Of a stretch of DNA of 64,000 nt, positions 6,597 to 16,859 are shown piece after piece. The notes beneath the pieces are model-generated. The model was given only the letters and a program-made list of their open reading frames with translations, was not told the DNA's origin and made no database searches. The DNA lies in NCBI GenBank assembly GCA_965220805.1, contig OZ244844.1, positions 3,617,072 through 3,681,071 on the forward strand, in the 5' to 3' direction. Each line of letters opens with the position of its first letter. The stretch's first letter is position 1. Source of the DNA: Alphaproteobacteria bacterium. GTDB lineage: Bacteria; Pseudomonadota; Alphaproteobacteria; SP197. The translations under genes were made by a program, and so were the position numbers.

Positions 6597-9541
6597 CGGG
6601 CGTCATCCATCCATGCTGCGACTGCGCCGGCCAGCGCGTCGATGCCGTGACCGAGAGAGAATTCCCGCCGCAACCGGCACCTGCCTTCCGTCATCGTGAC
6701 ATGCATCGATCCGGATGTCCCTTCCCCGCGGTCATAGTGGAACTCCAGTGCATCGTAGACCCGCTCTCCGCGGTCGGCGAAGGCAACGACCCCAGGCGAC
6801 GAGGTACGCAACTCCGCCATGTCAACTACAAGACCCTCCTCGCCAGGCAACACGTCGACCTCGCCATCGAGAAGACTCTCCAGACCGAGTCCCGCTACTC
6901 CGGCATGGTCGAGAAGCGATCCGGCATCGAGGCCGGAAAGACGGAGTTTCATCATATTGCCGTCATGGCCCAGGGGTTCGACCCTGAACGGCTTGCCCGT
7001 GGGCAGACTGGCCACGACGCTCTCCACCACCAGCGTGCCGTCGCCAGGCCAGGACACCGACACCTCGACATCCTGGAGCGGCAGAAGGGCATCGAGACCG
7101 GCGATCGTGAACGTTTGGGCAGACGACGTCTCCAGCGGCAGGAGGTGGGTGAAGGTGCTGGTGCCGGAGACCTGTCGCACCTGGACACCGGCGATCCTGG
7201 CGGAGACGTCATTGATGGTGACAGCAAGATCAGCGCCGGACTCTTCTCCCTCGAACCAGAGCGTTCCCGTGACAGCCACGCCTCCCTGGACATCGCTGAA
7301 GGGCGCACCATAGAGAGGGGAGAGGTCCGCCGGCTGCAGGCCCGGGACCTCGAACAGCGCACTGATGGTCTTCACGGAGGCCTCCAGACGGTCCCGTCCC
7401 GGCATGTAGCGGGCATCGACGGCACCGAGGAACCGCGCCTTGTCGGCGTGGAGGGTCATCGACATGCGCGCATCGTCGCCGTCCGGCCACACGGGTGTTG
7501 CCACGACATCCACCGACATCCGGGTAAAGCGTTGCGGGTCTCTCAAGTCCTCGATCTCCCGGATATCGGCACTGAACTGCGGCCAGGGCGACAGACCCGA
7601 ATTGTAGTTGAGGAGGGCACGGACATCCCTGACCCTGAGGTCCGGCCCCCTGAGGACGAGATCACCGCCTTCTGCATCCATGGTTGCCTGCAGGTAGTTG
7701 GCGCCCAGACTCTCGAGACGGATCCCGAGCTCAGGCAACACTCCCTCGATCTTCACGGGACGCGGCGTGTCGGCGAGAACGACCGCATGCAGCGGTGTAT
7801 CGCTGAGCTGCAGACGCAGATCCCAGGAAAGATCATTTCCCAGCCGTTCAAGGACAAAGAGAGGGAGTGATTCCCTTTCGAGCTTGACGGAGACCGGCCC
7901 CACGAGGCGCACGGGACCATGTGTGAAGGTCTGCAGGTCGATCCAGCCGGTGTCGCTCTGACGAACCTCGATACCGCGCTCCATGACATCGATTCCGAAC
8001 GGCAGCTCCAGGTCCACGCCGCCCACGACCAGGACTTCGCTGCGAACCTCGCCAACATGCAGGAGCGCGGAGGAATCGCTGCCGAGGAGGTGGTTGCCGG
8101 TACCGGTCGCGAGTGTCAGCGGAAGATCGAGAACGATGTTGTAGAAGGTGGTGTCCGCCATCACCACCTCCTCCAGAAGACCGTGAATCCCGATGCCGCC
8201 CCGCCAGGCATCCGGTCCGCGGGCCACGTCGGCGGATCCGGTTACATGACCCGACACATCACCCTCCATGACGAGATCGAGGTCCGGAATCCTGAGCGCG
8301 ACAACACGGCCGGCATGGTCGAACGCGACATCGCCCCTGATGAGAGCCCGGCCATGGCCCCGTCCCGTCACCTCGCCCGATGCCTCGAGAACCACGGCAA
8401 GGTCCACGCCGTCACCCTGCCGCATCGCCTCCAGCGAGACCGCCTCCATGGAAAGGTCAAGGCGCAGGCCATCGCCAAGATGGAGAACGAGAGGAAGGGG
8501 CGCGCCGAGCGATGCCCGCCATCGACCATCCTCGAGGGACAGGTCCGTGGCGAAGTTCGCACCCTCCACCGACAGCCATGATCCCAGGCGCAGGTCAGCT
8601 GTTTCCACGACGCCGTCGCCCGTGATCGTCCAGCTTGCCGGCTCGGACATCTCAGCAGTTCGGGCGTGGAGTCGCAGGGCGGCATGGAGCGACGTGCCTG
8701 ACGTCACCACGCCCTCCACCTGCCAGTCCCCGCCTTCGCCCGTGACATCGATGTCGGCGGTGAGCGAAATCCTGCCACCGGAGAGTGTGGCCGTTCCCTT
8801 GATGCCCGTGCCGTCCACGGTGCCTTCGATCTCGAGATCGCCCGCTGCGAGGCCAGGCCACCCCAGACGAACACGGACATCCGGCTGAGGGCTCGTCACA
8901 CCATCCACCACGATGCGGCCGCCGGGAAGACCGGCACCCTCCCCCCCTGGCGTGATGTCAATCATCGCCTGGTCAACGGTTTCGCGCCAGATGAAGGCAA
9001 GGTCACCGGCACCCTCCAGCCCCATGAGTTTTGCCTGCCAGTTCCCGGTGCCGGTCAATCCGTTCCGCTGATCGTCGAGCTTCGCGTCGAAGCGAAGGAT
9101 GATGGCGCCCCACGGTCCGGAAATGTCGAGACGCGCGTCCTCGGCAACAACGTCCGCCGCCAGCGAGGTCATGCCGGCCGCCACCTCTGACAGACCAGAC
9201 CAGTCCGACTCCCATCCCCTGAGTGTCAATCGCTCGAGGTGGCCGGAGGTGAGTCCGCCGAAACTCCAAAGGACCCGGGCTTCTTCGATCGTGCCTCCGG
9301 AATCGAGCACGACATTGGTCATGGTGACGGTCCCAAACGTCACCTCCGCCACCTCGAATTCGACAACCGCATCGCCAAGGCTGCGGTCGATCAGCCATCC
9401 TGCGATCTCGTGACGGGCCCCGTGGAGGCCGGCGGTCATGGCCGCTCCGGTCACAAGCACGACCAGCGCAATGATTCTTCCGGGACGTTTGGGCCATCGG
9501 GGCATGGCCCTATCATGCCTGATGCCCGGCGGTGGCGTCAC
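6581..9541 (-). CDS. Large membrane-anchored envelope protein, possibly AsmA/YdbH-like (986 aa)
   Basis: Longest ORF in the window. It has an N-terminal hydrophobic anchor (RIIALVVLVTGAAMTAGL), then a Gly/Asp/Thr/Val/Leu-rich beta-type sequence with few charged runs. Third-codon positions are GC-rich, as in real genes here. The overlapping plus-strand ORFs are Arg/His-rich and look spurious. The family assignment is tentative. The start could instead be the Met at 9505. Confidence 0.4.
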   Translation of the reverse strand: MTPPPGIRHDRAMPRWPKRPGRIIALVVLVTGAAMTAGLHGARHEIAGWLIDRSLGDAVVEFEVAEVTFGTVTMTNVVLDSGGTIEEARVLWSFGGLTSGHLERLTLRGWESDWSGLSEVAAGMTSLAADVVAEDARLDISGPWGAIILRFDAKLDDQRNGLTGTGNWQAKLMGLEGAGDLAFIWRETVDQAMIDITPGGEGAGLPGGRIVVDGVTSPQPDVRVRLGWPGLAAGDLEIEGTVDGTGIKGTATLSGGRISLTADIDVTGEGGDWQVEGVVTSGTSLHAALRLHARTAEMSEPASWTITGDGVVETADLRLGSWLSVEGANFATDLSLEDGRWRASLGAPLPLVLHLGDGLRLDLSMEAVSLEAMRQGDGVDLAVVLEASGEVTGRGHGRALIRGDVAFDHAGRVVALRIPDLDLVMEGDVSGHVTGSADVARGPDAWRGGIGIHGLLEEVVMADTTFYNIVLDLPLTLATGTGNHLLGSDSSALLHVGEVRSEVLVVGGVDLELPFGIDVMERGIEVRQSDTGWIDLQTFTHGPVRLVGPVSVKLERESLPLFVLERLGNDLSWDLRLQLSDTPLHAVVLADTPRPVKIEGVLPELGIRLESLGANYLQATMDAEGGDLVLRGPDLRVRDVRALLNYNSGLSPWPQFSADIREIEDLRDPQRFTRMSVDVVATPVWPDGDDARMSMTLHADKARFLGAVDARYMPGRDRLEASVKTISALFEVPGLQPADLSPLYGAPFSDVQGGVAVTGTLWFEGEESGADLAVTINDVSARIAGVQVRQVSGTSTFTHLLPLETSSAQTFTIAGLDALLPLQDVEVSVSWPGDGTLVVESVVASLPTGKPFRVEPLGHDGNMMKLRLSGLDAGSLLDHAGVAGLGLESLLDGEVDVLPGEEGLVVDMAELRTSSPGVVAFADRGERVYDALEFHYDRGEGTSGSMHVTMTEGRCRLRREFSLGHGIDALAGAVAAWMDDARCDST

Positions 9542-9556
9542 GACGGCTGCAACGGA

Positions 9557-10963
9557 TCAGCGCGGGTCGAGCGGCGTGAGTATCCCGGTCGCGTTCTCGA
9601 TGACTTCGGCGGCATCGAGGGTCATGTCCTCGCGGTACCGGCTGCCGATGATCTGCACCCCGAGCGGCAGACCGTCGGCCATTCCCACCGGCACGGCGGC
9701 TGCCGGAAGGCCGAGGAAATTGACGGTCGTCAGCAGTCGATTGGCAACAAAGATCTCACCGAGCCGTTCGGCGCTCACAAGATCGTCGTCCACCGGAAAC
9801 TGCGGCTCCGTGGACACCGGACCGAGAACCAGAGGATGGTCCTCGAGGAAGAGGAGCCATTCGCGCAACAGGGTCTGACGCTCGCACAGCACCGCGAGAT
9901 AGGACTCAAGGTCGAGCGTCGGCACGTTGGTCCTGATGAAGTCGAGCTTGCGGTTGATCGCATGGCCACCATGGCGGCGGATGTCCCGCTCCATGAAGAA
10001 TGTCAGCTCGGTGGCAATCTGGCGCTCCCAACACCGCATGGCATCGCCAATGCGCGGAGGTTCGGCCTCGACGACATCGTATCCCGCTGCAGCAAGGGCA
10101 TCGGCAGCCGTCGTGACCGAGTCGCGTTGACGCGGATGAACTCCCATGGCGCCGGGGTCGGGCGTGACGGCGACCCTGGGCTTGCGATCGGGAGGAGGAG
10201 GCGCGACCGGCGCCGGCACCCACCACGGATCCCGGGGATCACGTGCCGACATGACCTCGAGGGCGAGACGCACGTCCTTCACCTCACGCGCCATCGGACC
10301 CTGGACCGACATCAGCTGGAACATGGGCGGACGTTCGGCTGCCGCCGATGGATTGAACGCCGGGACACGCCCGAGAGTCGGGCGAACGGTCGCGACACCA
10401 CAGGCAAAGGCGGGGTAGCGCAGCGAACCGCCCACGTCGTTTCCATGGGCGATGCAGCCGATACCCGCGGCCAGGGACGCGCTGCCGCCGCCTCCCGAAC
10501 CGCCGGGCGTAACATCCCGGTTCCAGGGATTGACCGTGGCGCCACGCAGCGGATTGTCGGTGAACCACCGGAAGCTGAACTCCGGGGTGTTGGTACGGCC
10601 GATAATGATGGCGCCGGCCTTCCTGAGATGAGTAACGACAGGAGAGTCCGCGCTGGCCACATTTTCGGCGAAGGCGGGAATGCCGTTGGTGGTCGCCTGT
10701 CCGGCCACGTCGACATTTTCCTTGATGGTGACAGGGACTCCATGCAGCGGTCCCACAGGCCTGCCGGCTGCCATGGCGTCATCGGCGGCGCGCGCTGCAC
10801 GGCGCGCCTCTTCGTCCATGCGCATGGTAACGGCGTTCACATGCGCGTTGACCTCATCCATGCGGGCGATGTGACTCTCGACCACCTCGAGAGCACTCAC
10901 ATCCCGGCGGCTGATTGCCGCCGCCGTATCAACGGCGCTTCTTTGCCACCAGCGACCCGTCAA
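9557..10963 (-). CDS. Amidase (amidase-signature family)
   Basis: 468-aa ORF with the GGSGGGGSA signature and a conserved Ser/Lys region typical of AS-family amidases (GatA-like fold). Confidence 0.85.
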   Translation of the reverse strand: MTGRWWQRSAVDTAAAISRRDVSALEVVESHIARMDEVNAHVNAVTMRMDEEARRAARAADDAMAAGRPVGPLHGVPVTIKENVDVAGQATTNGIPAFAENVASADSPVVTHLRKAGAIIIGRTNTPEFSFRWFTDNPLRGATVNPWNRDVTPGGSGGGGSASLAAGIGCIAHGNDVGGSLRYPAFACGVATVRPTLGRVPAFNPSAAAERPPMFQLMSVQGPMAREVKDVRLALEVMSARDPRDPWWVPAPVAPPPPDRKPRVAVTPDPGAMGVHPRQRDSVTTAADALAAAGYDVVEAEPPRIGDAMRCWERQIATELTFFMERDIRRHGGHAINRKLDFIRTNVPTLDLESYLAVLCERQTLLREWLLFLEDHPLVLGPVSTEPQFPVDDDLVSAERLGEIFVANRLLTTVNFLGLPAAAVPVGMADGLPLGVQIIGSRYREDMTLDAAEVIENATGILTPLDPR

Positions 10964-11009
10964 CGGCAGCTCAAGGGGCCCACCCCGGTTTCAGGGTGAT
11001 CCGTCTCCG

Positions 11010-12401
<1,392 letters not shown>

Positions 12402-12568
12402 CTCCGATGATGCCGGCGGCCACCCGCCGCGCCTGAATATCTGGTGCGACGCCTGTCACACGCGATCCGAACAATCCGGTGATTGACGGTATTTTTTCGC
12501 CGGTTTGCTGTCAACGAACCGCTGAAGAGTCCTCCACAGGCGTCATGATGTGCCCCGGTCACCGGCAT

Positions 12569-13756
12569 CTACCACCAGAAGTCGGGAGAATGGGTGAGGA
12601 TCTCGTTTCCGCCGGCATGGACAATGAGATTCTGTTCGTGCGCGGCGGTGCCGGTTCCTTCGCTGTCAAGAAAGACCTCGACGCCGAGAACCATACCGGC
12701 TTCAAAGCGCTCGTGCGCTTCACACATTGTGAGGCCGATGTAGGGATGCTCCCAGTAGAGACCGGTGCCGTGTCCATAGAGCGGCCACTGGGCGCTCATC
12801 TGGCTGGAGCCCTGGCGATGGCAGTCCGTCAGCCGGTCTCCCAGACGCGCCACATCGTGGACCAGGACACCCGGCCGGATAGCCTCGATCAACGTGTCCA
12901 CGATCGTCACGCAACTCTCGATGAGGGACCGCTGCTCGTCTGTCGGCCTGCCGCCGGCAACCGCCGTGCGGCCGGGATCGAGCCAGTATCCCTGGTAGAT
13001 GATGCTGTCGAGCCAGCCCCTGACGAGATCGCCCGGGCGTGGCACGTCACGACTGGCGCCTGTCAGCGGCTCCGACGTCCAGTGGCCGATGTGAGGTCCA
13101 TGGGCTACCGGAATCATCTGCGATACCGCGCCGGACCGGCGCAATTCTCGGATTGCGTCGCCCACGGCTTCTGCCTCGGACATGCCGCCCACGAGACCTG
13201 TCATGAGCAAGTCGAGGGAACGTGTCGCGATCTCTCCGGCTTCGCGAAAGACCTCCATCTCGGCCGGGCTCTTGATGCGGCGGGCGCGCTGGATGAGGGT
13301 GTCATCCTCGGTCCAGGCGACATTCCCGGCCGCGGACCGGATGAGCCGCCAGTACTTGAGGGGCAGGAAGTCGGCCCCCACCAGGGCGATGGTGCCATCG
13401 ATGGCACGTTCCGCCAGCGCCCGGCCGGCGGCGGACATGGGATCGTTGTGACCGCTGACATGCCCCGTGGCGAGGCGATCACGGCGCGGCTCGGGATCAT
13501 CGATCAGGAGTTGCGGTTCGCGGCCTTCCTCGAGCAGGAGAGCCGAGAACGAGCGCGCCGTGTTGAGCGGGTTGTCGACTTCGTGACCCGATGCCGGGGA
13601 ATAGTGATTGGCCAGATAGAGGACATCGCCGCTGCGGTCGTAGGAACCGCCGCCACGGCCGATCACAAGGGCCGCGGCATGTCCGCGCCGACGCATGTCT
13701 TCGTGCACACGGCGCCAGCGATCCTCGTACTCCTCCCGCGCAAAGGGAGTCCTCAT
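12569..13756 (-). CDS. M24 family metallopeptidase / creatinase-like (Xaa-Pro aminopeptidase fold)
   Basis: 395-aa ORF with a creatinase-type N-domain and a pita-bread C-domain (metal-ligand regions ..HGTGL.., ..GMVLGVEVF..). Its stop overlaps the start of the upstream aminotransferase (13753-13756). Confidence 0.7.
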   Translation of the reverse strand: MRTPFAREEYEDRWRRVHEDMRRRGHAAALVIGRGGGSYDRSGDVLYLANHYSPASGHEVDNPLNTARSFSALLLEEGREPQLLIDDPEPRRDRLATGHVSGHNDPMSAAGRALAERAIDGTIALVGADFLPLKYWRLIRSAAGNVAWTEDDTLIQRARRIKSPAEMEVFREAGEIATRSLDLLMTGLVGGMSEAEAVGDAIRELRRSGAVSQMIPVAHGPHIGHWTSEPLTGASRDVPRPGDLVRGWLDSIIYQGYWLDPGRTAVAGGRPTDEQRSLIESCVTIVDTLIEAIRPGVLVHDVARLGDRLTDCHRQGSSQMSAQWPLYGHGTGLYWEHPYIGLTMCEAHERFEAGMVLGVEVFLDSEGTGTAAHEQNLIVHAGGNEILTHSPDFWW

Positions 13757-14943
13757 GGTTCAGGTGAATCGCCGCGAACCTTGCGCAGGCCGACGCCGAG
13801 ACGGCGGACACCTTCGTCGATTTCCTCGACCGTCGGGAAGCCGAAGGCGAGGCGGATGACCGATCCGGCGTCGTTCCTCACATGGAATGCCGAACCGTCG
13901 ACGACCTCCACCCCCTCGTCACGGGCCACGTCGACGAGACGGACAGGATCGACATCGTCGGGCAGCCGCACCCAGATGAAGAGGCCGCCTGGCGGGCGGA
14001 CAACGGAACACGCGTTGCCCAGTTCCCGCCTGAGCGCGTTCATCATGGTGTCGCGCTTGACCTTCAGCGCCCGGTTGGCCATGGCGACATGGTCCCACAG
14101 GCAATCCTTCAGGTATGCATGGGTGATGGCGGACGCCAGGGTGTTGGGTCCCGCGTCATGACGCTTCGCCAGCACGTTGTCGAGCATGGGTGGCCGCGCC
14201 ACCATGTAGCCGAGGCGCACGCCGGGAGCGAAGATCTTGGAAAGGGAACACAGGTAGATCAGCGAGGGGGACGGATCGAGCGCGTAGAGTGCCGGAGGAA
14301 CGTCACCGTCGAAGTGGACGTCTCCGTAACAGTTGTCCTCGACGATCGGGACGCCATGACGCCCGGCAATGGCGATCATCTCCAGGCGGCGGGACCGCGG
14401 CATCACCGTGCCGGTCGGGTTCTGGTAGGTGGCAAGGGTGTAGATGCAGCTGGGTCGACGTCCCTGGCTCGCCAGTGACTGAAGAGTGTCCTCAAGAGCC
14501 TCCATCACCATGCCATCGCCGTCGACCGGAACGCCCACCATCTCGATTCCCATGGAGCCGAAGGCAACGATGCTCCCCGAATAGCTGAGCTCCTCCATGA
14601 TGACGATGTCGTCCACTCCGGTGCACAGCGTCTCCACGGCCAGAGTGACGGCCTGCATGGAACCGTTGGTGATCAGCACGTGATCGGGATCCACCGATAT
14701 TCCCTCGCGGTCCATTTCGCGCCGGGCCATCAGCTGGCGCAGCCCTTCATGACCGAGACTCCCGGGATAGGTGGTGAGATCCACTGCCATGGTACGCATC
14801 ACATCGGCCGCAGCCTCGGCGAAGTCTGTCACCGGAAAGGTCTCCGGATTGGCGTTGCCACTGGCAAAACTGATCAACCCATTATCCATGCCTTTTCTCC
14901 GGCTCCCTGCCCTCACAATAGCTGCGAGAGGCCTGCGGAACAT
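13753..14943 (-). CDS. PLP-dependent aminotransferase (class I/II fold)
   Basis: 396-aa ORF with fold-type I aminotransferase motifs (..SLSKIFAPGVRLGY.. PLP-lysine region). There is no N-terminal HTH, so it is not a MocR regulator. The start may be the internal Met at 14889. Confidence 0.8.
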   Translation of the reverse strand: MFRRPLAAIVRAGSRRKGMDNGLISFASGNANPETFPVTDFAEAAADVMRTMAVDLTTYPGSLGHEGLRQLMARREMDREGISVDPDHVLITNGSMQAVTLAVETLCTGVDDIVIMEELSYSGSIVAFGSMGIEMVGVPVDGDGMVMEALEDTLQSLASQGRRPSCIYTLATYQNPTGTVMPRSRRLEMIAIAGRHGVPIVEDNCYGDVHFDGDVPPALYALDPSPSLIYLCSLSKIFAPGVRLGYMVARPPMLDNVLAKRHDAGPNTLASAITHAYLKDCLWDHVAMANRALKVKRDTMMNALRRELGNACSVVRPPGGLFIWVRLPDDVDPVRLVDVARDEGVEVVDGSAFHVRNDAGSVIRLAFGFPTVEEIDEGVRRLGVGLRKVRGDSPEP

Positions 14944-15001
14944 CCCCCACCTTCGCGCGCGAGACCTTCTTCCAGAGGATTGACGAGTCTATCCTCTCCC
15001 G

Positions 15002-16729
15002 ATGAAAGGGGCGCCTGGACAACTGACGCGATACGAGGACGCTGCGGGGCGAGCCCTCGCCGATCGCTACGAGTCCATCGACCCCGACGCGCTTCATGCC
15101 TGGTTCGCCGATCAGTTGCCGCCTCCACCGGCTGCCGTGCTCGACGTCGGCGCCGGATCGGGCCGCGACGCGGCGTGGTTCGCCGCAATGGCCTACGAGG
15201 TCGTGGCTGTCGACCCGTCGGCGACGATGCTCGCCGAAGCGCGACAAAGACACTCGACACCACAAATCACCTGGATCCGCGATTGCCTGCCGTCGCTCGA
15301 CCGCGTTGTGGGGCGGGGCCTGAGCTATGACGTCATTCTGCTCAACGCCGTGTGGATGCATGTCCATCCGAACGAACGGCAACGCGCCTTTCGCAAGCTC
15401 ATCGGCCTCCTCAAGCCCGGCGGACTCATCATCTTCGCGCTGCGTGTCGGCGGCAACGACGCCGACGACGACATGCATGCCTCCAGCGCCGCCGAGATTG
15501 AATCTCTCGCCCGTCGCCACGGCGCCATGGCGCTTTCCAGGAATACCACGCCGGACAGTTTTGGCCGTCCCGACATCAGATGGGAGCAGGTGGCCCTGCA
15601 GCTTCCCGATGACGGCACCGGCGCGCTCCCGCTGCTTCGCCACATCATCCTCAACGACCGGAAGTCATCGACCTACAAGCTCGGCCTGCTTCGCGCCGTG
15701 GCGCGGGCCGCCGACAGCGCCCCCGGCATGGCGCACCACGAGAATGACGACACCGTTACCGTGCCTCTCGGTCTCGTCGCTCTCAACTGGCTCAGACTCT
15801 ACAAGTCGCTCATCGACGCCAGACTGCCGCAGCGCCCCGGCAGCGATGGACTGACCAATCTTGGATTTGTCAGGCAAGGCTGGCGTGACATCCGCGATCT
15901 CCCCGCCTTCGACTTGCGTGTCGGCCAGCGCCTTTCAGGTTCCCTCGCCCGTGGCCTGCACCAGGCGCTTCGGGATGCCGTTGACACGCTGGTGAGGATG
16001 CCGATCCACTTCATGACGCTTCCTGGTTCCGACGAACAGGTGTTCGAGGCTCGCAAGGCGAAGGCCGGTAGAGCATCCGACTCCGTCCTCGTGGATCGGG
16101 AGTATCTGGCGCAGTTCGGCGACCTTCGCATACCCGTCCATCTCTGGAACTCGCTCATGCGCCATGACGCGTGGATCGAGCCCGCGCTGATCGGTGAATG
16201 GATGAAGCTGATGACGGACTGGGCGACGACACAGGGCAACGAACTCGACCATCGGCGCGTCGAAGCCGCCATGCGATGGTCCGATCCCGACCGTGATGTT
16301 GGATTCGCCCGAAAGATCTCTCAACAACTCCTTGAAAATGATGACCTCTATTGTGTCTGGACGGGTCGAAGGCTGGACGGCAAGCGACTCAACATCGATC
16401 ACTGCATGCCGTGGGCGGCATGGCCGTGCGATGCCCTGTGGAACCTCTTGCCCACCGACAGGCACGTCAACCAGCGCCAGAAACGCGCCCGGCTTCCCTC
16501 AGCAGACGCTCTCGACGACGCCCGGGACAGGATCTGCACATGGTGGCAGGAGGGCTATGTGAAACGGGCGCGTGACCGGTTCTTTGCCGAAGCCCGCTCC
16601 TCCCTGATGCTCGACCCCTCCGGGATTGCGGATGCCGACAAGGTCTTTGAAGGACTTCAGGGCCGACGGCAGATGTTGCGCACCGAGCACCGGATCGAGG
16701 AATGGGCGCCACCTGCCTTTTCCCCGTGA
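15002..16729 (+). CDS. Fusion protein: N-terminal class I SAM-dependent methyltransferase fold + unknown central domain + C-terminal HNH (His-Me finger) nuclease motif
   Basis: 575-aa ORF. The N-terminus has SAM-binding motif I VLDVGAGSGRD and post-I/II motifs (DVILLNAVWMHV, LKPGGLIIFAL). The C-terminus has CVWTG...NIDHCMPWAAWPCDALWNLLPTDRHVNQRQK with the D-H / N / H triad of HNH nucleases. It is a solitary plus-strand gene, and part of the C-terminal half has lower GC than its surroundings. Confidence 0.6.
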   Translation: MKGAPGQLTRYEDAAGRALADRYESIDPDALHAWFADQLPPPPAAVLDVGAGSGRDAAWFAAMAYEVVAVDPSATMLAEARQRHSTPQITWIRDCLPSLDRVVGRGLSYDVILLNAVWMHVHPNERQRAFRKLIGLLKPGGLIIFALRVGGNDADDDMHASSAAEIESLARRHGAMALSRNTTPDSFGRPDIRWEQVALQLPDDGTGALPLLRHIILNDRKSSTYKLGLLRAVARAADSAPGMAHHENDDTVTVPLGLVALNWLRLYKSLIDARLPQRPGSDGLTNLGFVRQGWRDIRDLPAFDLRVGQRLSGSLARGLHQALRDAVDTLVRMPIHFMTLPGSDEQVFEARKAKAGRASDSVLVDREYLAQFGDLRIPVHLWNSLMRHDAWIEPALIGEWMKLMTDWATTQGNELDHRRVEAAMRWSDPDRDVGFARKISQQLLENDDLYCVWTGRRLDGKRLNIDHCMPWAAWPCDALWNLLPTDRHVNQRQKRARLPSADALDDARDRICTWWQEGYVKRARDRFFAEARSSLMLDPSGIADADKVFEGLQGRRQMLRTEHRIEEWAPPAFSP

Positions 16730-16859
16730 CGTTGCGCGTGTTGGCACGAATCGTCCGGCCTGGTTGATTACGCCGTTCGCTCATGGATAGGGAAGCGCTG
16801 AACCGCGCACCGGCCGCCCCGGTCCGTCGCCATGCGCCGGCGACAAGAGATCACTGCTG

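Noticed and set aside
6647-7870. 407-aa plus-strand ORF (and 7919-8581, 8268-8888) inside the 986-aa gene region
   Set aside because: The compositions are Arg/His/Gly-rich with no motif I recognise. The complementary minus-strand frame has a coherent, protein-like composition and operon-type overlap with coxD.
9239-10999. 586-aa plus-strand ORF overlapping the amidase gene
   Set aside because: It is antisense to an ORF with a clear amidase signature (GGSGGGGSA), and its own translation is Arg/Gly-rich without motifs.
12479-14161. 560-aa plus-strand ORF across the M24 peptidase/aminotransferase genes
   Set aside because: It is antisense to two well-supported minus-strand genes and has low-complexity, Arg/Pro-rich sequence.
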